DNA of 56,580 bases from an uncultured Candidatus Saccharimonas sp. (GCA_964466345.1 CAYXMZ010000001.1:1-56580); one strand, 5' to 3'. Counted from the stretch's first letter, positions 44,872-54,571 are shown. Notes: generated by a model from the letters alone, not told the origin. Translations and numbers: made by a program.

Positions 44872-46839
44872 GTGAGTAAATTTAAACTAACTAGCGATTA
44901 TACGCCAACAGGCGATCAACCAACTGCAATAACTCAATTAATTAGCGGTCTTGACGAGGGCGAGCGCGAACAAGTTTTGCTTGGCGTAACTGGAAGTGGT
45001 AAAACTTTTACGATGGCTAACGTCATTGCGAAGCGACAGAAGCCAACTTTAGTATTAGCTCATAACAAAACTTTAGCGGCTCAGCTCTATAGTGAGTTTA
45101 AGGCTTTTTTCCCAGATAATGAAGTGCATTATTTTGTTAGCTACTTTGATTATTACCAGCCAGAAGCTTATATCGCTAGCTCGGATACTTATATCGAAAA
45201 AGATAGTCGCATAAATGACGAGATAGATAGATTACGTCATGCTGCTACGTCAGCATTATTGACGCATCGAGATGTCATTATTGTGGCGAGCGTGAGTTGT
45301 ATATATGGCATCGGTTCTCCTGAAGACTATGGTGAAATGGCCATTCGCTTGACTTTAGGTGAAAAACGTAAACAGGACAAGTTTGTACGACTTTTGACGG
45401 ATATTCAATATCAACGAAACGACATGGATTTTCGTCGTGACACTTTTAGAGTTAGGGGAGATGTAGTCGACGTTTTTCCTGCCGGTAGTGATACTGGTTA
45501 CAGAATAGAATTTTTTGGTGATACGGTTGACAGAATTACTCAAATAGATCCCTTGACGGGTGAGATTTTGTCATCTCCGAAAAACTTGACAGTTTTTCCT
45601 TGTAGTCATTACGTTACACCAAAACACAAGCTGGAGCACGCTATAGAAGGTATTGAGTGTGAGTTTAAAGATCAGAAAAGATTATTCGAAGAAAACAATC
45701 AATTACTAGAAGCACAACGCTTAACTCAGCGCACCAAATATGATATAGAAATGCTTAAAGAGACGGGATTTGTTAAGGGGATAGAAAATTATAGCCGTTA
45801 TTTAACTAATCGTGAAGTAGGTGAACAACCGGCGACCTTACTCGATTATTTTCCGGATGATTTTTTGATGATTATTGATGAAAGTCATATGACAATACCG
45901 CAAGTAAGAGGCATGTATAATGGTGATAGGTCGCGAAAAGAAGTACTAGTGAACTATGGATTTAGATTACCTTCTGCGCTCGATAATCGACCATTGAAAT
46001 TTTCTGAATTTGAAGAACACATAAACCAAGTAATTTACGTATCGGCGACGCCAGGTGATTATGAACTGTCTCGTAGTTCGGTACTGGCTGAACAAATTAT
46101 TCGCCCAACTGGTTTGACTGAGCCAGCGGTTAGTATTAGACCGACCAAGGGTCAAATTGATGATTTGATTAATGAAATCAGTAAGCGCATTTCTAAAAAA
46201 CAGCGAGTATTAGTGACGACGTTAACGAAGAGAATGGCAGAAGACCTCTCGTCTTATTTAGTTGAAATGGGTATAAAAACCGCCTATATTCACAGTGAAA
46301 TTGACACTTTAGAACGAGGTGATATTTTACGAGACCTAAGAGATGGAGTCTACGACGTATTAGTTGGTATTAATTTGTTACGAGAGGGTCTAGATTTACC
46401 AGAGGTCAGTTTAGTTGCTATTATGGATGCCGACAAAGAGGGTTTTTTGCGCAGCAAGGGAGCACTTATTCAAACCGCCGGACGTGCCGCTAGGCATGTT
46501 GAAGGTGAGGTTTTGATGTATGCTGATGTAATGACCGATTCGATTAAAGGCGCTATAGCCGAGATGGATCGTCGCCGTAAAATTCAAATTGATTACAATA
46601 AAAAACACAATATATCTCCGCGCAGTATAACTCGTGATGTAGGTGAAGGACTTAGAGCGTTAATACCTAAGAAAGTTGATGAAAAAACGAAAATTGATTT
46701 GCGTAAAATTCCACGCGATGAATATCCTGGCTTGATTAGCGACCTTACTTCTCAAATGGAATTAGCTAGCGCTAATTTAGAATTTGAAAAAGCTGCTGAT
46801 TTGCGCGATCTTATTGCTGAGATACGTGAGAAAACATAG
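44872..46839 (+). CDS. uvrB: excinuclease ABC subunit B
   Basis: The GTG-initiated MSKFKLTSDYTPTGDQPTAI matches the UvrB N-terminus. Also GVTGSGKT, DESH and the C-terminal UVR domain (EFEKAADLRD). Confidence 0.96.
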   Translation: MSKFKLTSDYTPTGDQPTAITQLISGLDEGEREQVLLGVTGSGKTFTMANVIAKRQKPTLVLAHNKTLAAQLYSEFKAFFPDNEVHYFVSYFDYYQPEAYIASSDTYIEKDSRINDEIDRLRHAATSALLTHRDVIIVASVSCIYGIGSPEDYGEMAIRLTLGEKRKQDKFVRLLTDIQYQRNDMDFRRDTFRVRGDVVDVFPAGSDTGYRIEFFGDTVDRITQIDPLTGEILSSPKNLTVFPCSHYVTPKHKLEHAIEGIECEFKDQKRLFEENNQLLEAQRLTQRTKYDIEMLKETGFVKGIENYSRYLTNREVGEQPATLLDYFPDDFLMIIDESHMTIPQVRGMYNGDRSRKEVLVNYGFRLPSALDNRPLKFSEFEEHINQVIYVSATPGDYELSRSSVLAEQIIRPTGLTEPAVSIRPTKGQIDDLINEISKRISKKQRVLVTTLTKRMAEDLSSYLVEMGIKTAYIHSEIDTLERGDILRDLRDGVYDVLVGINLLREGLDLPEVSLVAIMDADKEGFLRSKGALIQTAGRAARHVEGEVLMYADVMTDSIKGAIAEMDRRRKIQIDYNKKHNISPRSITRDVGEGLRALIPKKVDEKTKIDLRKIPRDEYPGLISDLTSQMELASANLEFEKAADLRDLIAEIREKT

Positions 46840-46867
46840 ATTTTTGATTTAATTTAGAGGCGGTGGT

Positions 46868-46896
46868 TTGCTTTTTTGTGTTATAGATGATACAAT
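46868..46896 (+). promoter_or_regulatory. putative rpsB promoter TTGCTT-17-(TGa)TACAAT
   Basis: TTGCTT at 46868-46873 and TACAAT at 46891-46896. It predicts a leader of about 76 nt. Confidence 0.5.
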
Positions 46897-46978
46897 ATTG
46901 TTGTAATATATTTTAATGAATCAGCCGGCGTAAAACTTCTGTTAAAAAGCGCTGGTGAAGTAAAAGGAGTTATAGAAT

Positions 46979-47776
46979 ATGACTGTAAAAGTCGATATTA
47001 AAGATCTGTTCGATGCAGGGGTTCATTTTGGCCATAAAACTAGTCATTGGAGCCCAAAAATGGCACCATACATTCATAGCAAACGTCAAGATGCACATAT
47101 TATCAATCTTGAAAAAACCGTCGAAGGACTTGAGGCGGCTTTGCCATTCATTACTAAAGTAGTGGCTAGCGGTAAACAAATATTATTTGTTGGAACGAAG
47201 AAGCATTTAAAAGAAATAATAAAACAATCTGCTGAAAAAGCAGGACAGCCTTATGTAAACGAACGTTGGTTAGGCGGAACTCTTACTAATACTGATACTA
47301 TTTCACGCCAAATCAGAAAACTTAAAGATTATGAAAAGCGAATGGAAGCTGGAGAGCTTGAGAAACGTTATTCAAAACTTGAAGTTCAGCGCATACAAGA
47401 AGAAATCGACAGTCTTAATTTGAAATACAGTGGAATAAAAGACTTAGATGGTATGCCAGGAGTAGTATTTGTATCCGATGTGATAGTCGATGCTAATGCT
47501 GTAAAAGAAGCTAATAAAAGTCAAATTCCAGTTATCGGCATTGTCGACAGTAATTCCAACCCGTCAGCAATTGACTATGTAATTCCTGGCAACGACGATG
47601 CGATCAAAGGTGTAAAACTTATACTTGATTACATTTGTGAGGCTATTAAAGACGGCGCTAGCAAGGTAAAAACGATTGAATCTAAAAAAGCCTCAAGTAG
47701 CAAACCAACAAAAGAATTAACAGAAGAACAAAAAATAGCCGAAAAAAAGGAGGAAGCTCGTGAATATTTCAATTGA
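46979..47776 (+). CDS. rpsB: 30S ribosomal protein S2
   Basis: LFDAGVHFGHKTSHWSPKM and FVGTKK. It has an acidic/lysine-rich C-terminal tail and an AAGGAG Shine-Dalgarno. Confidence 0.96.
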   Translation: MTVKVDIKDLFDAGVHFGHKTSHWSPKMAPYIHSKRQDAHIINLEKTVEGLEAALPFITKVVASGKQILFVGTKKHLKEIIKQSAEKAGQPYVNERWLGGTLTNTDTISRQIRKLKDYEKRMEAGELEKRYSKLEVQRIQEEIDSLNLKYSGIKDLDGMPGVVFVSDVIVDANAVKEANKSQIPVIGIVDSNSNPSAIDYVIPGNDDAIKGVKLILDYICEAIKDGASKVKTIESKKASSSKPTKELTEEQKIAEKKEEAREYFN

Positions 47777-48356
47777 GGATATTAAAAAACTCAAGGAATT
47801 GAGTGGTATTGGATTAACCGATGCAAAAGTAGCGCTTGTCGAGGCAAAAGGTGATTTTGACAAAGCTCTCGAGGCTCTACGCAAAAAAGGTCTTACAAAA
47901 GCCGAAAAACGTAGTGAACGTGAAGCTAGGCAGGGAATTATAGACACTTATGTGCACGACAGTCGAATTGGCGTGATATTAGAAGTAAATTGTGAGACAG
48001 ATTTTGTAGCACGAACTGATGATTTTAAAAATTTTGCTCATGAAATTGCACTGCAGATCGCATCTATGGACCCAAAATACATTAATGAAAGTGACATTCC
48101 GAGTAAAGAGCTAGAGCGTGTCAAGAATGAAGCTATTGAAAAAGCTAAATCCGATGGTAAGCCAGCCGATATGATAGATAAAATCGTCGAAGGTCAAGTA
48201 AAAAAACATTTCGTCGATCAAGTATTGATGAGCCAAACTTATTTTCGCGACGAGAAACAGACCATAACTGATCTAACAAAAGAAACTATTTCCAAACTCG
48301 GTGAAAACGTAATTGTACGTCAGTTCAAACGAATAGAGCTTGGTGTTAGCGAATAG
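47760..48356 (+). CDS. tsf: elongation factor Ts (short form)
   Basis: IKKLKELSGIGLTDAKVALVEAKGDFDKALEALRKKG (UBA-like N-domain) and LEVNCETDFVAR. GTG start after AGGAGG, overlapping the rpsB end. Confidence 0.93.
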   Translation: MNISIEDIKKLKELSGIGLTDAKVALVEAKGDFDKALEALRKKGLTKAEKRSEREARQGIIDTYVHDSRIGVILEVNCETDFVARTDDFKNFAHEIALQIASMDPKYINESDIPSKELERVKNEAIEKAKSDGKPADMIDKIVEGQVKKHFVDQVLMSQTYFRDEKQTITDLTKETISKLGENVIVRQFKRIELGVSE

Positions 48357-48374
48357 TGCTATAATAGACCTATT

Positions 48375-48929
48375 ATGTTTGATAACAAATCATACGAAAG
48401 TAAATTAAATCAAGTCACTGAACGGCTAGAAGAGGAACTTAAAAAAATTCGCACTGGTCGAGCCCATCCTTCGCAACTAGATAGCATAAAAGTTGAAGTC
48501 TATGGGTCTATAATGCCTCTTAATCAGGTGGCTAATATTACTGCTCCAGAGGCTCAAATGTTATTAGTGACGCCATTTGACGCAAACAATTTAAAGGTAA
48601 TTAGTGATGCTATCAGGTCTAATCAGAGTTTTGATTTTAATCCTAGTGACGATGGTCGCGTAGTGCGAGTGCCTGTTCCGCCGTTGACTGAGGAACGCCG
48701 TAAAATGCTCGTTAAGCAAATTGCTGATAAAATTGAGGATTCTCGAATTGCCCTCAGAGTTGTTCGTCAAGATGCTTTCAAAGATATAAAACGCAGTAAA
48801 GAAGCCCGTGAGATTTCCGAAGATGATGCTAAGCGTAATGAAAAGCAAATTGATGATATGATTGGTAATGCTAATAATAGGGTTGAGAGTCTTTTCAAAG
48901 ACAAAGAAAAGGAAATCCTTACAATATAA
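48375..48929 (+). CDS. frr: ribosome recycling factor
   Basis: LKKIRTGRAHPSQLDSIKVEVYG and VPVPPLTEERRK. Confidence 0.95.
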   Translation: MFDNKSYESKLNQVTERLEEELKKIRTGRAHPSQLDSIKVEVYGSIMPLNQVANITAPEAQMLLVTPFDANNLKVISDAIRSNQSFDFNPSDDGRVVRVPVPPLTEERRKMLVKQIADKIEDSRIALRVVRQDAFKDIKRSKEAREISEDDAKRNEKQIDDMIGNANNRVESLFKDKEKEILTI

Positions 48930-49627
48930 TGAACGATAATAAAACTGATATTCCTAAGCACATCGGCTATATTGTTGACGGTAATCGTCGTTGGGCAAAA
49001 AAACACGGGTTGCCATCTTACGAAGGTCACTTAGCTGGGTATGATAAATTAAAAGACGTAGTTATTGCAACATTTGATATGGGTGTAGAATATGTTACTG
49101 CTTATATTTTCAGTACAGAAAATTGGCAACGAAGTCAAGACGAGGTGAAAGGTTTGATGAATTTAGTATTAAAAATGCTAACGTCAGATTTGCATGTTTT
49201 TGAAGAAAATGATATCAAATTGCGAATTTTAGGATCGCGCGAAGGTGTCGATAAAAAAATTATCAAAGCCATGGACAATGCTGAATCAAAAACTGCAAAT
49301 AATAAAAGAGGGGTTTTGGCTTTGTGTTTTAACTATGGTGGCCGGCTAGAAATAGTCGATGCGATCAAGCAAATTATAAATAGTGGTATTAAGCCAAATA
49401 AAATAAACGCTGAATTGATTGAACAATATCTGTATTCACCGGACATACCGGACATTGATTTAGTACTTCGTACGAGTGGTGAAAAACGCTTATCTAATTT
49501 TATGTTGTGGAGAACTGCTTATAGCGAAATGATTTTTATTAACAAAAATTGGCCTGATATGAAAAAAAGCGACGTTCGAGCTGCGCTTAACGAATACACT
49601 CGTCGTCAAAGGCGATTTGGTAGCTAA
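48929..49627 (+). CDS. uppS: undecaprenyl-diphosphate synthase (cis-prenyltransferase)
   Basis: HIGYIVDGNRRWA, FSTENW and RTSGEKRLSNFMLW. Confidence 0.94.
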   Translation: MNDNKTDIPKHIGYIVDGNRRWAKKHGLPSYEGHLAGYDKLKDVVIATFDMGVEYVTAYIFSTENWQRSQDEVKGLMNLVLKMLTSDLHVFEENDIKLRILGSREGVDKKIIKAMDNAESKTANNKRGVLALCFNYGGRLEIVDAIKQIINSGIKPNKINAELIEQYLYSPDIPDIDLVLRTSGEKRLSNFMLWRTAYSEMIFINKNWPDMKKSDVRAALNEYTRRQRRFGS

Positions 49628-49629
49628 TT

Positions 49630-50772
49630 ATGATTGTCGGGGGGGTAATACTTGGCTTGATCGTATTAACCTTATTGGTTGTCATACATGAACTCGGTCA
49701 CGCTATCGTCGCACTCCGTAATGGAGTAGGAGTAGAAGAGTTTGGCGTTGGTTTTCCGCCAAAGATTTGGTCATGTAAACTAAAAAATGGTACATTATTA
49801 TCAATTAATGCGTTGCCTATAGGTGGTTTTGTTCGTCTGCAAGGCGAAACCGAATCTTCAAAAAATAAAGGGGACTATGGTTCTGCGAATTTTTGGCAAA
49901 AAACTAAGATTTTGTTGGCGGGGGTTCTTGCTAACTGGCTACTTGCCATAATCCTTTTAACTACACTGGCTTTTATAGGTATGCCGAGAGCACTAGAAAA
50001 CCAATTTTCGGTAGCCAACGACACTACGACAATTTATCAACCGGTAAGTATAATCTCTGTTTTAGATGACAAGCCAGCTAGTAAAATAGGAATACAGCCT
50101 GGTGATCAAATAAAAAAATTCAAAGATAATCAAATTACGACAGTTGATCAGCTTATTGGTTTAATCCAGTCAAGCTCGGGTGAAAAAGTTGGAATAGAAT
50201 ATTTACGTAATGGAGAAATAAAATTAGCTGAGGTCAATATCGTAGCGGATGATGACGGTAAAGGGCTTTTTGGTGTTGGGCTTAGTCAAAATGAGTATAT
50301 GCGCTCAACTTGGTCGGCGCCGATTGTCGGAGTGGTAACAACTGCGCAGTTTACCTATGAAACGTTGAGAGGTTTTGGTTCTATGGTCGGCAACCTTGTT
50401 AGTGGAATGATAATGCAATTTAGTGACGATGAAAACGCGAGGACTGAAGCACAGGCTAATTTTACCTCAGCTAGTGACAGTGTAGCTGGACCTTTAGGAA
50501 TATTAGGTGTAATTTTTCCAGCAGCCGGCAAGGCTGGAATTACGCAAACTATATTTTTAACAGCTATTATTTCTTTGTCTTTAGCTGTAGTGAACATTTT
50601 ACCTATACCAGCACTAGATGGCGGTAGATGGTTAGTCATGACAATCTTTAAGATATCGAAACGTAAGCTGACAAAAGAACTAGAAGAAAAAATTCAAATG
50701 ATAGGGTTTGCGTTTATAATGGCATTAGTAATTTTGGTGACTATTGCCGATATTGCAAAGATTATTTCTTAG
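49630..50772 (+). CDS. rseP: site-2 (RseP/RIP) zinc metalloprotease with PDZ domain
   Basis: HELGH in the first transmembrane segment, a PDZ segment (GIQPGDQI) and NILPIPALDGG (the NxxPxxxLDG motif). Confidence 0.92.
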   Translation: MIVGGVILGLIVLTLLVVIHELGHAIVALRNGVGVEEFGVGFPPKIWSCKLKNGTLLSINALPIGGFVRLQGETESSKNKGDYGSANFWQKTKILLAGVLANWLLAIILLTTLAFIGMPRALENQFSVANDTTTIYQPVSIISVLDDKPASKIGIQPGDQIKKFKDNQITTVDQLIGLIQSSSGEKVGIEYLRNGEIKLAEVNIVADDDGKGLFGVGLSQNEYMRSTWSAPIVGVVTTAQFTYETLRGFGSMVGNLVSGMIMQFSDDENARTEAQANFTSASDSVAGPLGILGVIFPAAGKAGITQTIFLTAIISLSLAVVNILPIPALDGGRWLVMTIFKISKRKLTKELEEKIQMIGFAFIMALVILVTIADIAKIIS

Positions 50773-50773
50773 T

Positions 50774-51511
50774 ATGAAAAAGATTTGGCAAAATTTATAT
50801 AGAATTCTAATTTATCCAGCGTGGTTGATATTTGTTTTTTTGATATCTCAGTTGATAATTGGCGGGTTGATCAAGGTTGGACAGGTTTTTGATATTCATA
50901 TTTCTATAAACCAAGTGGTAGGGAATAGTCTTCTAACACTTGGTGTGTATTTGCTAATGATTTTGGTTTTATTTTTTTTACCAAAACCAATTGCAAATAA
51001 AAGAACTACTCTAAAAGAGTTAGGTTTAAATAAATGGCCTGCTTGGCGTGATATTTTACTAGCTCCTTTGGGACTGGTAATTTATTATTTGTTGTCTGGG
51101 TTGCTGATACTATGCGCTAGTTATATCGTGCCTGGTTTTGATATTAATCAAACTCAGAATACAGGTTTTAGTAATTTAAACGGACAGCTTGAATATTTAT
51201 TAGCTTTCGTTATATTGGTTTTAATTGTGCCATTGGCCGAGGAAATACTATTTCGCGGTTATTTATTTGGTAAAATGTCTCATCGCAACGCTAATGTAGT
51301 TTCGATTTTGATAACTAGTTTAGTCTTTGCGGTGTTACATTGGGCTTGGAATGTGAGTATAGATGTGTTTGCTCTTAGTATTATAGCTTGCGTTCTAAGG
51401 GTAACGACTGGAAATATCTGGGCTGGAGTGTTGCTCCATTCGTTAAAAAACGGTATAGCATATTTTTTCCTCTTTATCTATCCGCTAATTTCTATTACAC
51501 TAGTAAGATAA
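50774..51511 (+). CDS. CPBP (CAAX/Abi) family intramembrane glutamic endopeptidase
   Basis: EEILFRGYLF (EExxxR), FAVLHW and LLHSLKN motifs in a polytopic protein. ATG at 50774 lies just after the rseP stop. Confidence 0.82.
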   Translation: MKKIWQNLYRILIYPAWLIFVFLISQLIIGGLIKVGQVFDIHISINQVVGNSLLTLGVYLLMILVLFFLPKPIANKRTTLKELGLNKWPAWRDILLAPLGLVIYYLLSGLLILCASYIVPGFDINQTQNTGFSNLNGQLEYLLAFVILVLIVPLAEEILFRGYLFGKMSHRNANVVSILITSLVFAVLHWAWNVSIDVFALSIIACVLRVTTGNIWAGVLLHSLKNGIAYFFLFIYPLISITLVR

Positions 51512-52758
51512 TGCGTGTTTCAAGATTATTTACAAAAACTAGCAAAACAGCTCCAAGCGATGACGTGGCAAAAAATGCTGAACTTTTAGTTAGGGCTGGT
51601 TATATACACAAAGAATTAGCAGGAGTTTACGCTTATTTGCCGTTGGGTTTAAGGGTTTTAGAAAATATTAAAAAAATCATACGTGAAGAGATGAACTCCG
51701 TCGGGGGTCAAGAAGTGATGATGACGACCTTACAGCCAAAGGATATTTGGGAAAAAACCAATCGCTGGGATGATGCAAAGGTGGATAATTGGTTTAAGAC
51801 CAGGTTAGCTAATGGTACCGAGCTAGGTGTAGGCTTGACACACGAGGAACCGATTGTCGATGCGGTGAGTAATTTCATTAATTCTTATAAGGATTTACCT
51901 TTTTCGGTGTATCAGATACAAACTAAGTTTCGTAATGAATTACGTGCAAAAAGTGGATTACTTCGTGGGCGTGAATTTATTATGAAAGATATGTATAGTT
52001 TTAGCCGTAACCAAGCTGAACACGAAGCCGAATACGAAAAAGTTGTCGAAGCCTACTATAAAGTTTATTCTCGATTAGGTTTGGGTGATTTAACGTACAG
52101 AACGTACGCCGACGGGGGAATTTTTACTAAGCGTTTCAGTGATGAGTTTCAGACACTGAGCGAAGTTGGTGAAGATACTATTTTTGTAGATGAAGAGCGA
52201 AAAGTGGCTATCAATGTCGAGATTATGACCGATGAGAATTTAGATAAACTGGGATTGGATCGTAAAAAACTAGTTGAAAAAAGAGGTGTTGAGGTAGGTA
52301 ATACCTTCCACCTCGAAAGTAAATACACCGATGCTCTGGGCGTTTATTTTATAGATGAACAAGGCCAAAAACAACAAATTATCATGGGTTGTTATGGTAT
52401 TGGCGTGAGTCGTTTGATGGGTGTTATTGCTGAATTGTTTTCTGATAACAAAGGACTGATATGGAACGAAAATATTGCACCTTTTAAAGTTTATCTAGCG
52501 CGAATTGGGGATGGAGAGGTCGAGACAGAAGCTGATAAAATATACGACCTTTTAATTAAAGCAGGGGTTGATGTATTGTATGACGACCGCGAAGTAAGTG
52601 CTGGTCAAAAATTTGCTGATAGTGAACTTTTGGGCATTCCGTATAGATTAACAATTAGTGAACGGTCTTTAAGTGGTGGAACATACGAACTAACGACACG
52701 TATAGATCATGAAATTAAAATGTTGACACTTGAACAGTTGCTTGCTAAACTAGGCTAA
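51511..52758 (+). CDS. proS: prolyl-tRNA synthetase, bacterial-type but lacking the INS editing domain (415 aa)
   Basis: MRVSRLFTKTSKTAPSD matches the ProRS N-terminus. Class II motifs 2 and 3 (FRNELRAKSGLLRGREFIMKD, GCYGIGVSR). Only about 25-30 aa occupy the position where INS normally sits. There is a TAATG junction with the upstream gene. Confidence 0.9.
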   Translation: MRVSRLFTKTSKTAPSDDVAKNAELLVRAGYIHKELAGVYAYLPLGLRVLENIKKIIREEMNSVGGQEVMMTTLQPKDIWEKTNRWDDAKVDNWFKTRLANGTELGVGLTHEEPIVDAVSNFINSYKDLPFSVYQIQTKFRNELRAKSGLLRGREFIMKDMYSFSRNQAEHEAEYEKVVEAYYKVYSRLGLGDLTYRTYADGGIFTKRFSDEFQTLSEVGEDTIFVDEERKVAINVEIMTDENLDKLGLDRKKLVEKRGVEVGNTFHLESKYTDALGVYFIDEQGQKQQIIMGCYGIGVSRLMGVIAELFSDNKGLIWNENIAPFKVYLARIGDGEVETEADKIYDLLIKAGVDVLYDDREVSAGQKFADSELLGIPYRLTISERSLSGGTYELTTRIDHEIKMLTLEQLLAKLG

Positions 52759-52780
52759 TTACAATGAGTTTTGGAAAAAA

Positions 52781-52806
52781 TGCGCTAGATATAGCGTAGT
52801 TATTTT
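52781..52806 (+). terminator. intrinsic terminator after proS
   Basis: TGCGCTA-GATA-TAGCGTA hairpin (52781-52798, one G-U pair) followed by GTTATTTTT. An A-run precedes it. Confidence 0.6.
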
Positions 52807-52847
52807 TAAGAAAAACTCCATATATGATGTTAAAGGATAAGAAAATT

Positions 52848-53303
52848 ATGAAAAAAACGATTCAAATTACAAAAGAAGGTAAGCAAGAGCTAGAGAAAGA
52901 AATTGCTGATCTAAAAGGCCGTCGCAAGGAGATTGCCGAGAGAATAGCTACGGCACGCGATTTCGGTGATTTAAGTGAAAATGCTGAATATGACGCCGCT
53001 CGTGAAGAACAAGGTCTTGTAGAGAGTCGAATTGCTGAAATTGAGGACATTTTATTAAATGCTCAAGTTATAAAAAACAGTCGAAAAAACGAAATAGAAG
53101 TTGGATCGCTGGTTGAACTAAGCGATGGTAGCAATACTTATAATTATACTATCGTTGGCCCAGTGGAAGCAGACCCGTTGGCTGGTAAAATCAGTAATGT
53201 ATCGCCACTAGGAACTGCTCTAAAAGGTAAAAAAGTAGGCGAGACTGCTGTAATTTCAACGCCAAAAGGCGAGACAAAATACAAAGTTGTTCGTATCAGA
53301 TAG
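52848..53303 (+). CDS. greA: transcription elongation factor GreA
   Basis: MKKTIQITKEGKQELEKEIADLKG...DLSENAEYDAAREEQ. ATG at 52848 follows an AAGGA ribosome-binding site. Confidence 0.93.
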   Translation: MKKTIQITKEGKQELEKEIADLKGRRKEIAERIATARDFGDLSENAEYDAAREEQGLVESRIAEIEDILLNAQVIKNSRKNEIEVGSLVELSDGSNTYNYTIVGPVEADPLAGKISNVSPLGTALKGKKVGETAVISTPKGETKYKVVRIR

Positions 53304-53319
53304 TGTTATAATAGGCTAG

Positions 53320-54549
53320 ATGAATCAAATAGAGGCGTTGAAAGTTATGCTTTCTGGGGAAAGCGTGCTGTTAACTGGGTCGGCTGGCTCTGGTAAAACT
53401 TTTGTATTAAATAAATTTATTAAAAAAGCACGAAAGTTAAAAAAGTCTGTTTCAGTAACGGCGACTACTGGATTAGCGGCGACACACTTGGGAGGTACGA
53501 CAATTCACTCTTGGAGTGGTATAGGTATAGACGATTTTTTAAAAGAAGGGTTTTTTGAAACCTTCCCCAAAAATAGGCGTGAGATTATACGAAAAACAGA
53601 TATACTGATTATCGATGAAATTAGTATGCTTCATGATTATAGATTCGATATGATTGATGAAATTTGTCGTACTGTCCGTGGTAATAATCAACCGTTTGGT
53701 GGATTACAGGTGATATTAAGTGGTGATTTTTTTCAGTTGCCGCCAATTAACAGACGAGGAGGAAGAGAGGGTGGTTTTGTTGTCAATAGCCGAGCTTGGC
53801 AAGAGTTAAATCCTACGATATGTTACTTAACCGAACAGTATCGTCAAGACGATAGAGATTTATTGGAAATACTAGACGCTATTAGGGAAGGTGATTTAAC
53901 CGAAGGTCATATTGAAAAATTATTAACAAGACTCAACGAAACCCCAAACGATGAAGTTCTAACCGAATTACATACAGTAAACACAGATGTTGATAAAATT
54001 AATAGAGAACGACTAAACAAGCTAAACGGTGAAGAAGTATCATATAAACAAACGGCTACTGGACAAAAAAAATACGTTGATATTCTTAAAAAATCTATTT
54101 TAGCCCCGGAGACTCTAGGGCTAAAAATCGGAGCGCTTGTAATGGCGGTCAAAAATAGCTCAGATTACAAATACGTTAACGGAAGTTTAGGAGAAGTCGC
54201 TGGTTTTGATGCAGACACTAACTATCCGGTAATAGATTTTATGAATGGTCACAGCGCTGTTGTTGTTCCAGACACATGGGAGCTTACTGATGGTGAAAAT
54301 CGTAAAGCTTCAATTACTCAAATCCCACTTAGATTGGCTTGGGCGATTACGGTCCATAAATCTCAAGGCATGACCTTAGATGCTGCTAAGATTGATTTGA
54401 GTAAAGCTTTTGTTGAAGGAATGGGTTATGTGGCACTTAGTCGAGTAAAGAATTTATCCAGTTTATATCTGTTAGGAATTAATAAAATGGCCCTTAGAAC
54501 TAGTGAAGATGCTAAGTTAATTGACGAAATGTTACGTCAAAAATTGTAA
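53320..54549 (+). CDS. PIF1/RecD-like superfamily 1B DNA helicase
   Basis: Walker A (GSAGSGKTF), TGLAATHLGGTTIHSW, IIDEISML, LSGDFFQLPP and a C-terminal ITVHKSQG motif. Confidence 0.82.
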   Translation: MNQIEALKVMLSGESVLLTGSAGSGKTFVLNKFIKKARKLKKSVSVTATTGLAATHLGGTTIHSWSGIGIDDFLKEGFFETFPKNRREIIRKTDILIIDEISMLHDYRFDMIDEICRTVRGNNQPFGGLQVILSGDFFQLPPINRRGGREGGFVVNSRAWQELNPTICYLTEQYRQDDRDLLEILDAIREGDLTEGHIEKLLTRLNETPNDEVLTELHTVNTDVDKINRERLNKLNGEEVSYKQTATGQKKYVDILKKSILAPETLGLKIGALVMAVKNSSDYKYVNGSLGEVAGFDADTNYPVIDFMNGHSAVVVPDTWELTDGENRKASITQIPLRLAWAITVHKSQGMTLDAAKIDLSKAFVEGMGYVALSRVKNLSSLYLLGINKMALRTSEDAKLIDEMLRQKL

Positions 54550-54571
54550 GATAGTTTATACTTGGTGGTGT

